A stretch of 64,000 nt of DNA, from positions 243,156 to 307,155 of the forward strand of contig JAAOMT010000375.1 in NCBI GenBank assembly GCA_016748015.1. The letters are read 5' to 3'. Under the pieces are notes generated by a model. It was not told where the DNA came from and made no database searches. It worked only from the letters and a program-made list of their open reading frames with translations. Shown piece after piece: positions 37,139-50,142 of this stretch. The translations under genes were made by a program, and so were the position numbers. The stretch is from Geosiphon pyriformis uo1. Taxonomy: Eukaryota; Fungi; Glomeromycota. Each line of letters starts with the position of its first letter. Position 1 is the stretch's first letter.

Positions 37139-39458
37139 AAAAAATTAATAAACTTTATATAAAAAAAACAAAACTTTTTGTCTCCTTAATTTTATGACCA
37201 TGACCAGAGCAAAGAGTAAAAGAGCTGCACCTAATATCTGTCCTAAGATATCTAATAAAATTTCAACCAGAGGAGCTCTCTCTGTTGTAGAAGCAACTAG
37301 GCAAAACGTTTTAGAAGCCTTTCCCCTACCCAGTAATCGTGATAAGCTGCCTTTGGTAGCCACTGAAGCAACTTTCTCATCTTTGGCTGGTTTTTCACCA
37401 GTCAAAGTCCCCTTAAAGAGACACACCTGGATTAGTTCCAGTGTTGCCTCCACCCCAACCAAAAGCCCAAAAGTTTTTAATAATAAACCAGTGAATAAGC
37501 TGGTCTTCCTCTCTATAGATTCAACACCTGGTGCTTCTAGTACCACCTCTTCAAAAAAAATGGTCAAAAAAACCAGAAGTTCAGAAAAGTGGGGGCAGTC
37601 GCTTGCCTCTGCTATTGTTATACCGAACTCCTTTGTGGTTCCCAATGAGATCTTAGATAAGATCTCCATAGCATCATCCAGCACGTCATCCAAGATGGGC
37701 CAAGATCAACCACTGGCTGTGTTGCCAAATGTGGTGTCTTCTAACAGATCATTGCTGGTTTTAGAAGCAAAACAATCTTTTTCTGTTGGGTCACCTGTTC
37801 TTGGGAACTGGGCTGATCAAATAGAAACTGATTCATCTCCTTTTTTAGTTTCTGGTGCTACTTCTGGTGGTGCTTGGGAAACTATTACTAGTCGTCAAAG
37901 ATTTGCTGGGTGGGTGGCCTCCACTCTGGTATCTGGTGCTACTTTTAGGATCAAATTGGCTTATGTTAAGGCTGTTTTTCAGTCTGTGCATGGTTTCTTG
38001 AGTGCTAAATCTATTTCAAAAGACAATGTGAAGCTTTTCTGTGTGGAGTTTGCTTCTTAACAATCTTTGGAAGCTACATTTCTGGTTGAGCTTACAAGCT
38101 CTGTTCATTTGACCACTCTCAAAATTGCCAAGTCTTTGGTGGTTTCTGAATCTGGTTCCTCTTCTGCTGCTGTTGTGCTGCATGATGTGCTTTTGGGTGT
38201 GTCTGCTGCTGACGTTAAGTTGGCTCTCAGTGTGTTTGGTAGTGTTGCTCGTGTTGTGCTGAAGCCTGCTAACATTTGGCAGTACATGGTGGTTTATTTT
38301 GAAAAGTTGAACTCTGCTGTGTTTGCCTTGAAGCATTGGTCAGTTTTGATGGGCAAGGATAGTGTTAGAATCCTCCCTTTGGTGAATCAAAATGAGACTA
38401 TTTTGTCTTATGATAAGTTTAAGGCCAAATTGGTCAACCTTCCCCCTGGTTGTACTGCCTTTAAAATCAGTGATATAATTTCTCAGATTGGTGGTCAAAC
38501 ATGTTTCATCCCTTGTTTTCCTGATTTTGGTCATTGTTTCTGGTTTGCTTTAGTTATATTTGACTTTCAAGACAATTTGAATTTTGTTGTAGTCAAGACT
38601 AGTACTCTAAGGAAATGCCGTATTTGGTGAGAAACTCCTGGCTGCTGGCACTGCTTTAGGTGTCAAGAAATGGGCCATCTGATCATGGATTGCAAGATTT
38701 CCCCACCTCCCACTCCCAAGGTTCCCAAGGTTTTCAAGTCTTGTTTTGTGGGTTCTGCTTTATATGCCAAGACTGCTGCTCCTTCTGGTCTCTCTGAGTT
38801 TCCTCCTTTGGTGGCTTCTTTGGCTGCTTCTGTTGCTGATCCTGCTGTTGGTTCTAGATTGGACTCTTTGGAAAAACAAATTTCGGATTTGGCTGCTCTG
38901 GTTAGGTCTATTGTTGAGTCTGTTGGTTCTTTAGTTGCTTTGGTGTCTCGTTTTCTTGATAATAATGCTGCTAAAACTGTTTAGGTTGAGAAGGATCTCA
39001 TTTCTATGAAGAGTGCTGCTAACAATTTTTCTAACCTCTTGGTTGGGGTCTCCAAGAACATTGCTTGTCTTAGATCTGAGGTTGACTTTGGTAATATGGA
39101 TTATGATGGTATGCTGGCTGCTAAGCCTTCCTTTTTAAGTGAGAACACTATTGAGCATGTTATTGCTTTGTGACATATGTCTGGTGCTGAGACCAGAGGC
39201 AATATTGAGTCTACTAGATTGTTTCTTAGTGAGTTTATTTTTGATTCTAGGAATCTGAATAGTATCATTGAGAGAATTCATGGGTTGGGATTATTTCCAC
39301 CTACTTTTGATTTAGCGTAGTGAGTCCTTGATTGGGCCAAGTGTCTGATCACGTGTAGAAAATGCATGATTTATGCCTATAATGTAATTCCTTATATGGT
39401 ATCATAGTTTTAGGTAGTATTTGGGTTTCGCTCATTAAAATATAATAAAAAAAAAAAA
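37139..39458 (+). mobile_element. Non-LTR, ORF1-only retroposon with poly(A) tail and ~10-bp TSD, inserted in D
   Basis: ATTACTAAAA at 37129-37138 and 39459-39468; AATAAA plus A-run 39444-39459; higher GC than the flanks; D's Cys-domain reading resumes across it. Confidence 0.8.
37194..39320 (+). pseudogene. LINE ORF1p-like protein, ~708 codons, four in-frame stops and no frameshift
   Basis: ORF-track pieces 37194, 38067, 38670 share a frame that continues to TAG 39320; RRM-like segments (VKAVFQSVHGF..FCVEFAS; ALSVFGSV..MVVYFEK; KLVNLPPG..FALVIFD), CCHC knuckle CFRCQEMGHLIMDC 38652-38693, coiled-coil-like RLDSLEKQISDLAALV. Confidence 0.8.
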
Positions 39459-42400
39459 ATTACTAAAACATTTTTTATGACATGTATTTTCTTAATTATT
39501 GCACTTTTCTATTTTGTTGTGGCTATTTTCCAAATTTTTATTATTATTATAAGAGTATAAATCTAGTTAGTTTATTGCTTGATTATAAGTGATGGTAAAA
39601 GAAGTTTTTTTTTAGGCCAAATTGTTAATTAAAATAGTGTACTGGCAAGATTTGTTATATGTTTTTTCTCTGTCAAGAACATTATTCCATAATTTTTTAT
39701 TTGATAAAATTTTGCTACATGTAAAGCATAATATATTGTTCTATTTGCCTTGTCATTTTGGTTGTTCAAATTGTTTTAATACACAAAATTAGCAATAATA
39801 TCTGGTAACAGTAGGCCATACTTTATTATTTCTAACACAGGTGTTCATAGAAGATAACTTCTTTTTATAATTGACACAAATTAATTTTAAGAATTAATAT
39901 AGTTGATTTTGTTAGTTCAGGATTAGATAGATTAATAATGATTTCTGGAGTTTTTTATCAGTCTTTTTTTTACTTTTTTTTTCTATATGAGAGATAATAG
40001 TAGTTTTGTCTTAAAATTATCAGGCCAAGAAACTTGATAGATTTCCAAGGTTAACTGAATAGATTTTTTGAATTCAATTAAGAGTTGTTTTGAGACTGCT
40101 GTTTTAAAGTATTCACATATAATAAGTACTTTAGCATGTTGTTTTTTAAAAGTAATCTAAAGTTCTTGTGTATTCCAGTCCAGCATGACATAGGTTTTAG
40201 ATAGCCAATTTTTTCCAACTAGTGCTTGTTATTAAGTGACTTTTATAACAAGTACTTTTATTGAGATTTGAATATTATTGATTTTGAAAAAAAATTATTA
40301 ATTTCTTTTATCAGTGTTTTGGTATTCCTATTCATAATAATTATTTTAGTAGTGGCTGTACAATTTACTTAGTAATCTAATTAATTCATAAGTTGTTTTG
40401 TAATTATGCTGTTTGCAAATTTACTATTAAGTATTAATTTAATGTTTATTTGTTTTACTTTAATATTGATATATTGTTATAATTGGTTTATTCTAATTAA
40501 TAACAACTTTACTAAAAAAATCAACTATGTTTAGACTGTCAATATTGAATGAAAATATGATGATTAAAATATTATTTTCAATAATTGTGGCAAAAAAAAT
40601 TATTTTAGAGATTTGATTAGTGTTTTGAAAAGAAAAATTGGTAATTGTAGCTACATTTTTTCTTTTCAAAAATGTAGCATTACCAAAATTCAAAGTCTTT
40701 ATAAAACCAAAATAGGAGGTCTGGTTTGGGTATTCAGTTTGTACTGAACAGAGTAGTATGTTGTTATAATTTGTTGAACAAAATAGTTTATTGTTGGATT
40801 ATATCTAATGTTTACTGTTGTTTTATTATTCTTGATTATAGTCAATGGCTTAGAATCTAGAGTTGTCATATATTAAAGCTTGGTACTAAGATGTTGTTTG
40901 TGTTATTGTTTGTAAAAACTAATAATAAATCAAAAATAGTTGAGATAAGTACTGTAATTGTGAATATTGTGACAAAAAATATTGGAATTCTATAACTTGA
41001 GAATATTTTGGTTGTAATTAATATTGATTTCTTCAGTTTTGATCAGCTAGTTTTTTTTTGTAATCTCTTATAATATGTCTGAATTTTTAGCAATAATAAT
41101 AATTACAGAGATCTAATTTTTAGAATTGTTGTTATTGTAGTCAATTTTGCTCTTGTTAATAGTAACTAAAGTTATTTTTACATTATGATAGTTAATATAT
41201 TTTAGAGTTTTTTACTAAGAATTTTTCAATTTTTTGAGTTAATTTTTTACTTAATTAAATAAGCTTAGCACTAATATTTAATGTTTTTTTTATGGCTAAG
41301 TTAACAGCTTGGGTATAATTGGCTTCTTGCTCTGCTAATTCAAAATCACAAACAAGTATTATGGTTTTTTGTAAGCTATAAAGATAACAGAATCTAATAA
41401 ATCAAAAGATATTACTTCTTAATTCTTTAATAAATTGGTTAAAAATTTGTTTAATGGTGTAGTAATCTTTTTTAATTACTTGAATTTAACAAAAAATTTG
41501 ATTAAATTATTTAAGATAAGTAATTACTGCTTTATGATCTTTTTGTTTTATTATACTAAACTAATTTTATAGCTTAATAAACATATTAAAATTGCAAAAG
41601 TATTGTAGAAAAGTAAATTTAAAAGCAGCAAAGTCAATTGGTTTCTTCTTGAAACTTTGGTATCATAAGTTTATAGTTTCTGTTAAAAAAAACAGTAAGA
41701 CTTAGATTGTTCTGGTTTCATCATAATTATTGGCTCTAATTGCTTTTTTGGCTTTTATAATCTAGGTATATGCATTTTTTTCTTTATCAGAGAATTTTTT
41801 CAGTTTGACAATGTCTCTATAAGCCATAATTTAAGTGATAAAAATTGGTTTAATTGTTAATAAAAAAGATATAAACAAAAATATATTTGGTTGCTTTGTT
41901 AAATTTACTACTGATTGTTTCTCTTTATTAATATAACCAATAGGTTATAGAATAGCTGATTTATCTAAAAGTAGAGTAGTTAATTTGTTAAGAAATGTTG
42001 TTAACAGTTATGCCTAAAAAAAGTGCTTCTATTGGATTTATTGGCTGCTGAAGTAAGATTTCCAAACAATAATCTATATTCTCTTAGGAATTTGGTTCAG
42101 AAATTTTGGTTATAATTCCAAGAGTATAGGGTTTTAGGAGTTTCTGGAGTTTTTAATTGTATTTCAATAAATTAATTAAATAGAATTTTATTTTCAAGTG
42201 TCTGGTAGTATAAAAGAGTAGTTGATGAGAGAAGTCTTAATTTTTTGTTAACTATAAATCAAATACTCTTTTGTATGGCTGGTGTATTTTTGTTTTTAGA
42301 TTCGGATTTTTTGAAATTAGGTCTTGATAGTTGTCTTTTTTTTTATTTGAAAATACTGTTTGTTAGTATATTCCTGGATTTTTTAATCAATTATTAGAAG

Positions 42401-42525
42401 AGTCTTAATTATTGCTTATGTAATAGTTGAAATTAAGTATGTTAGTAATTTTTAATAAATTTGTTTTTCAAGTTTTCTTGTGTTTGTTGTTTAGTCTAGT
42501 AAATAGTCAATTTTGATGTGTATGT

Positions 42526-43384
42526 TATTATTTATAAAAATTAGAAATTATAATAATAGATAAAATAGCCAATTAAAAATAAGTATAGTAAAAAAAAAAT
42601 TCTAAAATTCTTTTTAAAAAATTGCAAGATTCCAAAATTCCAGAATTTTTTTTGGGAAATTGTAAGATTCCAAAATTCCAGAATTTCAGAATTCCTGTTA
42701 AAAAAATTGAAGAATTTCAAAAATCTTATATAACATAAATTATGTATATATAGCAAAAGTATTAAAAACAGAAAAAAAATTTAATAGAGTTCAGATTAGT
42801 TCAAAACAACAATACTTTTTTCTTCAAAAAATAGTTTTTTATAACTTAAAATAGAATTATACTTATATTAATAAAACATCTATTATCACCTAAATTTATA
42901 TTATTATTACTTGATTAAAAAATATTAATCTATTTCACATTATTAATATTTTATGTTAATAGAATCCAATACTTAACTATACTAAACTAATAGCTCTTAA
43001 TTATGACTATTGATGAAATACTAATTTCTTATTTTTTTTTCTTATTTTTTTTTGTTTTGTTTCTTTGTTGTTTATTAATTGATTAAAAAAATTAAGCACT
43101 AAGTATTTAATATCAAGAATAGTCTAGTAAAAGACCTGGAAACAAAAATAAAAAACTTAAAAATAGCTTATCAAAAAAACACAACTGTTAAAATAAACCA
43201 GCCACTATGCTGAAAAAAAAATTCACAAAAAAAACTATTAATTGAATTTTTGTTCATTATACAAAAGACTTAACCAAAATCTTCAAACTCCAAAATCTTT
43301 AAAGATTACTATTATTAACAGTTATTAAGTACCAAGTTATAAGTTTGTTATTTGTTTCAACTTTCTAAATAATTACTTATAATA
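42526..43384 (+). repeat. Decayed solo LTR of the A/E type, probable TSD ATGT/ATAT
   Basis: CCAAT, GAATTC-type array 42600-42720, TATA, shared U5 end ACCAAGTTA..TTTGTTATTTG. Confidence 0.8.
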
Positions 43385-44578
43385 ATATAGTAATAAAAAT
43401 TATTTTCTGCAGTAACAGTTTCTAATAATATTTTTAAGTTTTTTCTAAAGTATCAAAATAATACTTTTTTATATAGTGAATAATTTTTTTTTATAATTTC
43501 AATAGTCATTACTTTTGTAAATTTTTGGGGTGTTTTGTTTTTGTAAATTTTATAATCTTACAAAAAGCACCAAATATTATGAGTAAATTTGATGAGATAT
43601 TGTAGTAATGTTTAATGCTCTAAATTTAGATAAAAAGAGCTTAAAGATTTTTATTCTAGATATTTAAAATAAATTGTTGATATTAGTCTCTAAAGATTTC
43701 TTACTAATTTTACTCATAGAGTTCTTTGGTTATAAGACACAAAAAAGTGTTTTGGCTGTTTGTGGCTTAAATATGTGGACTATTTTCTTTGAGCTAGTTG
43801 AGTACAGTTATTAAGATCTGATGGTGTTTTTTTATCATTCTAATAAATTAACAAGATAATATTAATATTTAATTCTAAAGAGGGCTTTTTTCTTTTATTA
43901 AGCTATCATGAAGTCTATTTCTAAACAGTTGATTTTACAATATTATCACTCTACAAAATAAAAAAATAAAAATAAAAAATAAAAAAATAAAAAATAAAAA
44001 ATAAAAATAAAAATAAAAGAAAATTAGTTTTGTTAATTGTCATAATCAAGAGTAATCAATTTAAATCATTATTGTTTAAGACAGTTTTATGTTAAAAGCA
44101 TCTGGTTAAAAACAAAGATATAAAAATAATTAGTTCTAGTTAAATACAAAATTCATAAATTATGTATAAGTAAGTTTAAATTTCAAATAGTTTTTTATTT
44201 TTAGTAATATAGATATATAAGTAAGATAAATCTAACAGATATAAGTAAAAAAATATTTTTTTTTATCTGTCTGTTTTTTTTTTATTACTAAAATTATTTG
44301 TTTTTATACATATTTCTAATTTTATAAGATTGTTTTTAAATGTTTGTTATTATTAGTTATTACTTGCTATTTTTGTTGTTGCTTTATTCTTTTATATTAT
44401 AATTAGTTATTTTATATTATGGCTAGTTATTCTGTGCTATCTCATATTATTGTGTATTATTTTGAGTTATAATATATTATTTTGTATTATTTTGTATTAT
44501 TACATTTTTCTAAGTTATTATGTTTTTAATCATGTTTTTTTCAATATTTTTCAGATTGGTTTTTTTACTCAAATAACA

Positions 44579-46938
44579 TCAGTAAAAAGTTTTTTTTTTA
44601 TTAGCCAATTAAAAAAATCAAAGTTTTGATATTTGAGGTATTTTTTATTATTATTTCTAATAATTTTAATTATTTATTTTAATTTTTACAAATATTATTA
44701 CTATTATTATAATATTGTGTATTACATAAAATCTTGGCTTTTTTACAATTATAATAATTAGTTCTTCAAGTTTTTTTATAACTGTATTGATAACTTGTTA
44801 TTTTTTTTTGATTTTAGCATAAAATTATTTTATATAAAAATAAAAATATTTGGTATTTTTTATAATTTTAGAAAATTAATAGTTTTATTTAATATTAATT
44901 CTATTATATAATAAGAATTTTTTAATATTTTGACTTGTATTTCAATTTATATAAATTTTCATTAATATTTTTAATTACTTTACAAATAAAAAGCTTTTTA
45001 TTAATACTTAAATAATCAATTTTTGAAATTCCAATTTGCATAAAATCTGCATTTTTACACAGCATTTTTTTTGTATTACTTTAACATTATTAATATATTG
45101 ATTGCAAACAATTTGGTGTATTTTATGATGGTTAAATAAATTAGTAATATTGTTTAATATATTATTTTGGTTATTATTATTTTATTAAAAAATATAAGAT
45201 TAATACAAAATAATATTATACAATACAAATAATAAAAAACATTATCTTATTTCTTGAAATTATAATAGAAAAAACACAAAAGTTATTAGAATAAGTACTA
45301 ATATTTTTTAAGAGATTACTTGATTTTTTTTCAATATTATTTACTATGTTATATTATTGCTGCTGGTTATTTTGTCATTTATTATTTTGTTACTACTCCT
45401 AATTATTTTGTTACTAGTTATTTTGTTGCTGTTATTGATTATTTTGTCACTTATTATTTTGTTGTTATTACTGGTTATTTTGTCATCTATTATTTTGTTG
45501 CTGCTGCTAATTATTTTGTTACATATTATTTTGTTGCATATTATTTTGTTGTTACTGCTAATTATTTTGTTACTTATTATTTTATTGCTGTTGCTGGTTA
45601 TTTGTCATTAGTTATTTTATTGCTATTGCTAATTATTTTGTTGCTGTAATCTGTCTTGCTGCTAATTACTATTACTTTTGATTTTTTGTTAGATTAGCTT
45701 TTTATCAGCTGGTTTTACATTTAAGTTATTAAAAAAATTTTTTTCTTACATAATTAATTGTTCAAAAAAGAACTTAAAAAAAAATAATTTATATAAAGTT
45801 TTCTTCTAAATACTATTTAATAAAGTAAAAAGCCAGTAATTGCAAAGACTTTTATATTTATTATATCTAAACATAAAAATAAATTAATTATTATTTAAAT
45901 AATTCAACCAATATAAAAATAATGTTTTTTGTATATTATTCAATATAAATCATGTGATTAATTATTAATTTTTTTATTTTTTATCTATGTTGAAAGTTTT
46001 TATTAAAGTATATTATTTACTTGTTTGATTAATTTTTAAAATTAAAAATGTCTTGGATATTTATTTATAATACAAATAATTGGCCATATTTTTGCCAATT
46101 TTTTGATTATATTAGCCATAAACTTTTTTTTATTATCAGTTTAAAGAATAATTAAAAATCCAAATATGATAAAAAGTTGAAAAAAAAGCTTGCTACTTCT
46201 TTTGTTTCTTTAGAAAAAAAAGCCATAATTCAAAAAAATTTTGTAAAAAAATTTTAAGCATAATAAATATATTTGTATATTAATCAAGTCTATTTGTAAA
46301 TAACACATAAAGTTTTTTGCTAAAATCGAATTTGTAGTTATTAGTTAAGCTAAAAATTATTACATAATATATCTAGTACAATAAAAACAAAACTGTTACT
46401 AAATTTTCAGACATTTAAGTATATTTATCTTTAATCTATAAATAAAAAATTATTAGTATCTATTTATATAAAAAATTAAATTAATATTATATACTATGTT
46501 ATAAGTTTTGTTTATTTCTTTATGTTTTATTTTTAAATAAAATTTACATAGTTTTTTATATAATTTTTTTTTTAAACAAATTGGTTTTTTTGTTTTTTTA
46601 AAATAAAGTATATTTTGTTTTCTAACTTGTGCAATATAAAAGGTAGTACATACTTAATACTTTAATTCTAAATTAAAGTTTTCTCTTTTAGAAGTATTTT
46701 TTAATATTTTAATGTATTGGTTTATGTAATCTTGAAAAAACAAAGTTTTGGCTCATTTTTTTCACTTCTAGCTAATAAATAGTTTTTAAAAAAATCAGAA
46801 AATGTTTCTTAAGTAAGCCATTCATAATTTATTGATAATAAATAGTGTTAAAAAGCCATAAAAAAATGCATCAAATATCAAAACTTTGTTTTTTTTAATT
46901 GGTTAATAAAAGAAAAACTTTTTATTAACTAATTAACC
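44579..46938. mobile_element. Decayed DNA transposon-like element with long terminal inverted repeats
   Basis: 44579-44648 is the reverse complement (with transitions) of ~46860-46928; the right copy ends ...CTAATTAACC, the left tip appears cut by D's LTR. No transposase recognised. Confidence 0.55.
45340..45670. repeat. Compound tandem repeat of TTATTTTGT(T/C)(GCT)n units
   Basis: Repeated ttattttgttgctgctgctaa / ttattttgtcactta units; the minus strand would read as a decayed QQQQN-type low-complexity peptide. Confidence 0.8.
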
Positions 46939-47730
46939 AAATAATGTAATTATTTATGTTGATTCAAAATTAATACAGTGTTGAATTAATAATTTTAAAT
47001 TAACTCAAATTGAATTAAAATTACAAATCAACCTAAATTCTGTTCCAATTCATGACATATATAATAACTTTATTGTAATTAATATAATTAATAAAAAAAC
47101 ATATTTAATTAAAAAAATTACAAAATTTTATTTTCAAGATTATTTTATATTTATTTATTTTATTTAACATTTAAATTATAAACAATTATAATATTACTTA
47201 TAAAATAATTGTTTTTTCTTAAATTTTTATATTTTAAAATATTGAAAGTAAATTTTTAAAATTATTAATTATTTTAGCTTACCTTAATTCCCAATTTTTT
47301 ATCAGATAAAACAGCATCTTGTAATATACATAATTTAGGGAATCATTTCATAAGTTAATTTTATTATGTGCAGATCAAAGTTGCTGAAGTAAGAACACTC
47401 TACTGTGGCTGTCGATCAAGATCATGATAAAAACATTGAAATCAGAAATAAGCTTGCGAATAAATAAAGATTGGTGTATATATATTCGTTTAGATAATAC
47501 TCATTGGTACTATCTAATTCCCCGATCACATGTGGTTTCTTGCAATTTTCAATTCTTTTGCTAGATGAAAATAAAAAAATATCGGAATGTGAATGCGGCT
47601 GTGGTAGTGGAGATGTCAGTGATGGCGGTTTTAGAGATTGTTAATGATTTTAATGGTGAATGGGGTGTGAATTGGTGTATATGTATATAGATATAAAAAA
47701 GTATATTTTCTAAAGTTCTTGGATCTTTCT

Positions 47731-49050
47731 CTAAGCTTCCTCTTTTGCTTCAATCGTTTCTTCGTCTTTGACAACTTCGGGTTTTTCAGCTAAAAAATTG
47801 ATGGAAAAAACGCGAGAATCGAATGATCAGAACTTGAGCATTCATTTCAAAAGTTGACCTGATTTAATCATTGAATTTCCAACAAAAATCACGATACGAA
47901 CAGTTATCTTGCATGTCTGACGTCCAAAGAGTTAAATTATCCCTCAATAGTTGCATGATTAGCGTCGAGTCTTTATAGCTTTCTTCACTAAGAGTATCCA
48001 ACTCGGCGATCGCGTCGTCAAATGCTTGTTTGGCCAAATGACAAGCACGATCAGGTGAATTAAGGATTTCATAGTAGAACACTGAAAAGTTTAACGCTAG
48101 TCCAAGACGAATTGGATGAGTAGGTGCGAGTTCAGTGACAGCGACTTCACTAGCAGCTTTGTATGCATCCAATGATTTATCAGCCGACTCTTTACGCTTA
48201 TCACCAGTGGCAAATTCAGCGAGATACCTATGATAATCCCCTTTCCTGTTTATATAAAAATAGATAAGTATCCCAGTTTATAATAAGAGTCAAGACACCA
48301 GAAAAAAAGGTTCAAAAAATCCAAGTTGTACATACATTTTATGATAAAATACTTTTGATTCTCCAGTAGCAGCTGAAGGAATCAAATGTTTATCCAATAC
48401 CTCAAGAATATCCTCACATATTTTGGCCAACTCCGCCTCAATCTTTGTACGATACTCTTTAATGAAACCGACCTGAACCTCATTGCCCTTTGCGTCTTCT
48501 TTCTGTTCGATCGAGGAGACAATACGCCAAGAGGCACGTCGTGCACCAATCACATTTTTATACGCCACCGAAAGCAAATTGCGTTCTTCCACGGTAAGTT
48601 CTTGATCACTAGAGGCGACTTGCTTCATATTCTCGACCATTTCTTCAAGAGATTATTGAGAATAAAATGTAATTAACAATAAGTTTGATCACGGGAATTT
48701 ACAATTGACTCAAGATACTGTGTGATTCATGGATCTGACACTGTGTATTTTCCTTTGAAATTTATAAACCGTTTCACGGTTACCAACAAATTGGTTAATT
48801 TATCCCTTTTAAATCTTTCACTTTGATGGGGCTTGCAAAAAAGACACTAAAAAGTTTACAAAACTTTTCTTTTGTGAATCCGGATGTTAAAGATGATTCA
48901 CATTTTGCTGATTTATGGGTTTCCTTCGCAAAGACCCATTCTAACTTCAAGTAAGACCACTTTTAGAAACCTACCTTCATAACGCTCAGCTTGTTCGGCA
49001 AGCTTAGCAAGATAAACATAATCTTCGCGTGATTGAGCTTCGACTGGCAT
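47731..49050 (-). CDS. BMH1: 14-3-3 protein, 261 aa; exons 48975-49050, 48336-48642, 47902-48245, 47731-47789
   Basis: [85 protein letters not shown]; GT-AG introns give a 786-nt frame. Confidence 0.97.
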
Positions 49051-50142
49051 TTTTTGAAGATAAAAGTTGTTTTGGGGAAGGTAGAATAATAAAACTCAAA
49101 GTTTTACTCTAAAGTCTTTTGGTGAGAATAGTTTTAAATTTTAACTTTTCAGAAAAGTGAGGTATAAAAAAAATTTTGTATAGAATATGAATATCTGATA
49201 AATCAGACTGGAAAAAAAAGAATTGATTTTTGAGATATCAATAAAATAAGACTTGGTTTAAAGACTACCTTAACGAAGCTATACCTTTCTATGTATCAGT
49301 AAACTTGTGCGCAGAGCGGGTTGGAGAGTTGGATGAGTAGGTGGTGGAGATGGTTATACTACTATATAATGGAATGAAAATAATGAATATCTTTTTAATA
49401 GATATATTCCCAGATATCTGATATCCTGTAGTTTGAGAGCGACAAGAACCAAACAAATTTATTCGCGCCTAATGCTCGCTCATCCTGATGCTTGCGTATC
49501 GTTTCCCCGTATGTGTAGCGAAACACAAAGGAGGAATTCTTTTTTAGTTATTAGATATTTGCCCGCTGAATATCATTATGATGGTCTTGTGAAACACTTA
49601 TTAAACAAATCATCCTTTTCGTAGCATGATATATAATAATACGAGTGATAACTCACACTGCTATTTACGGGTATAATCATCAGCTGATAGATGGGACTTG
49701 ACCAATGAAAAAATGCTGTCCTTGGGTCTGGAGCCCCAAAAATCGAATACTAATTTCTGAATAAATCAGATGACGCCATTGTTAACCAATTACAAAGTAG
49801 CTTTGGGTAGAATAAGTTGGGTAACCCCAAAATTCAAAGGGGAACTATTTTCTGGACCAATTATCTTAAGATTCATCGCTGAGATCGCCTGTTTGCAGGA
49901 TGAGTGCGCCTGGATCAACATTATGCTTGCTGCCAACTTAATTGGTTCTTTAGTCAACTTCTCAAGCATTTACTAATCCATTGATTGTGCATCTGAATTC
50001 ATTAATGGATTAGCCGCTATCACAAATGATTAAACATTAGGAAGTCGGAGCGTGAACCCGTCATCAAACCCTACATTGACTGAGCATCATGCCCAAGGGT
50101 TGCTTGATTAACCTTTTAATTAAATTGGACTATGCATCACCA

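Larger units (their letters stand above)
12467..44578 (-). mobile_element. Old, heavily decayed Ty3/Gypsy host element D, split into pieces 12467-15278, 25419-25747, 35728-37138, 39459-42525, 43385-44578 (5' LTR ~43575-44578)
   Basis: Removing each insert plus one TSD restores the RT reading (FNVMLFELYNVLA|IFQCLINVMY across E; KVQ*M|LNNRLI across F). Domain order ORF3-IN-RH-RT-dUTPase-Cys domain-protease-gag-PBS (TGGTGCTTTTTGTAAG at ~43557-43572)-LTR. Confidence 0.8.

Noticed and set aside
37145-37693. 182-aa antisense ORF in the retroposon, and other antisense ORFs over gag/pol
   Set aside because: Shadow frames with no recognisable motifs or conservation.
45320-45649. Hydrophobic 109-aa and 84-aa ORFs
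   Set aside because: Translations of a T-rich tandem repeat.
49051-50142. Possible ncRNA or small gene between 14-3-3 and ALG3
   Set aside because: Only scattered C/D-like words and short ORFs without motifs; consistent with promoter and 3' UTR.
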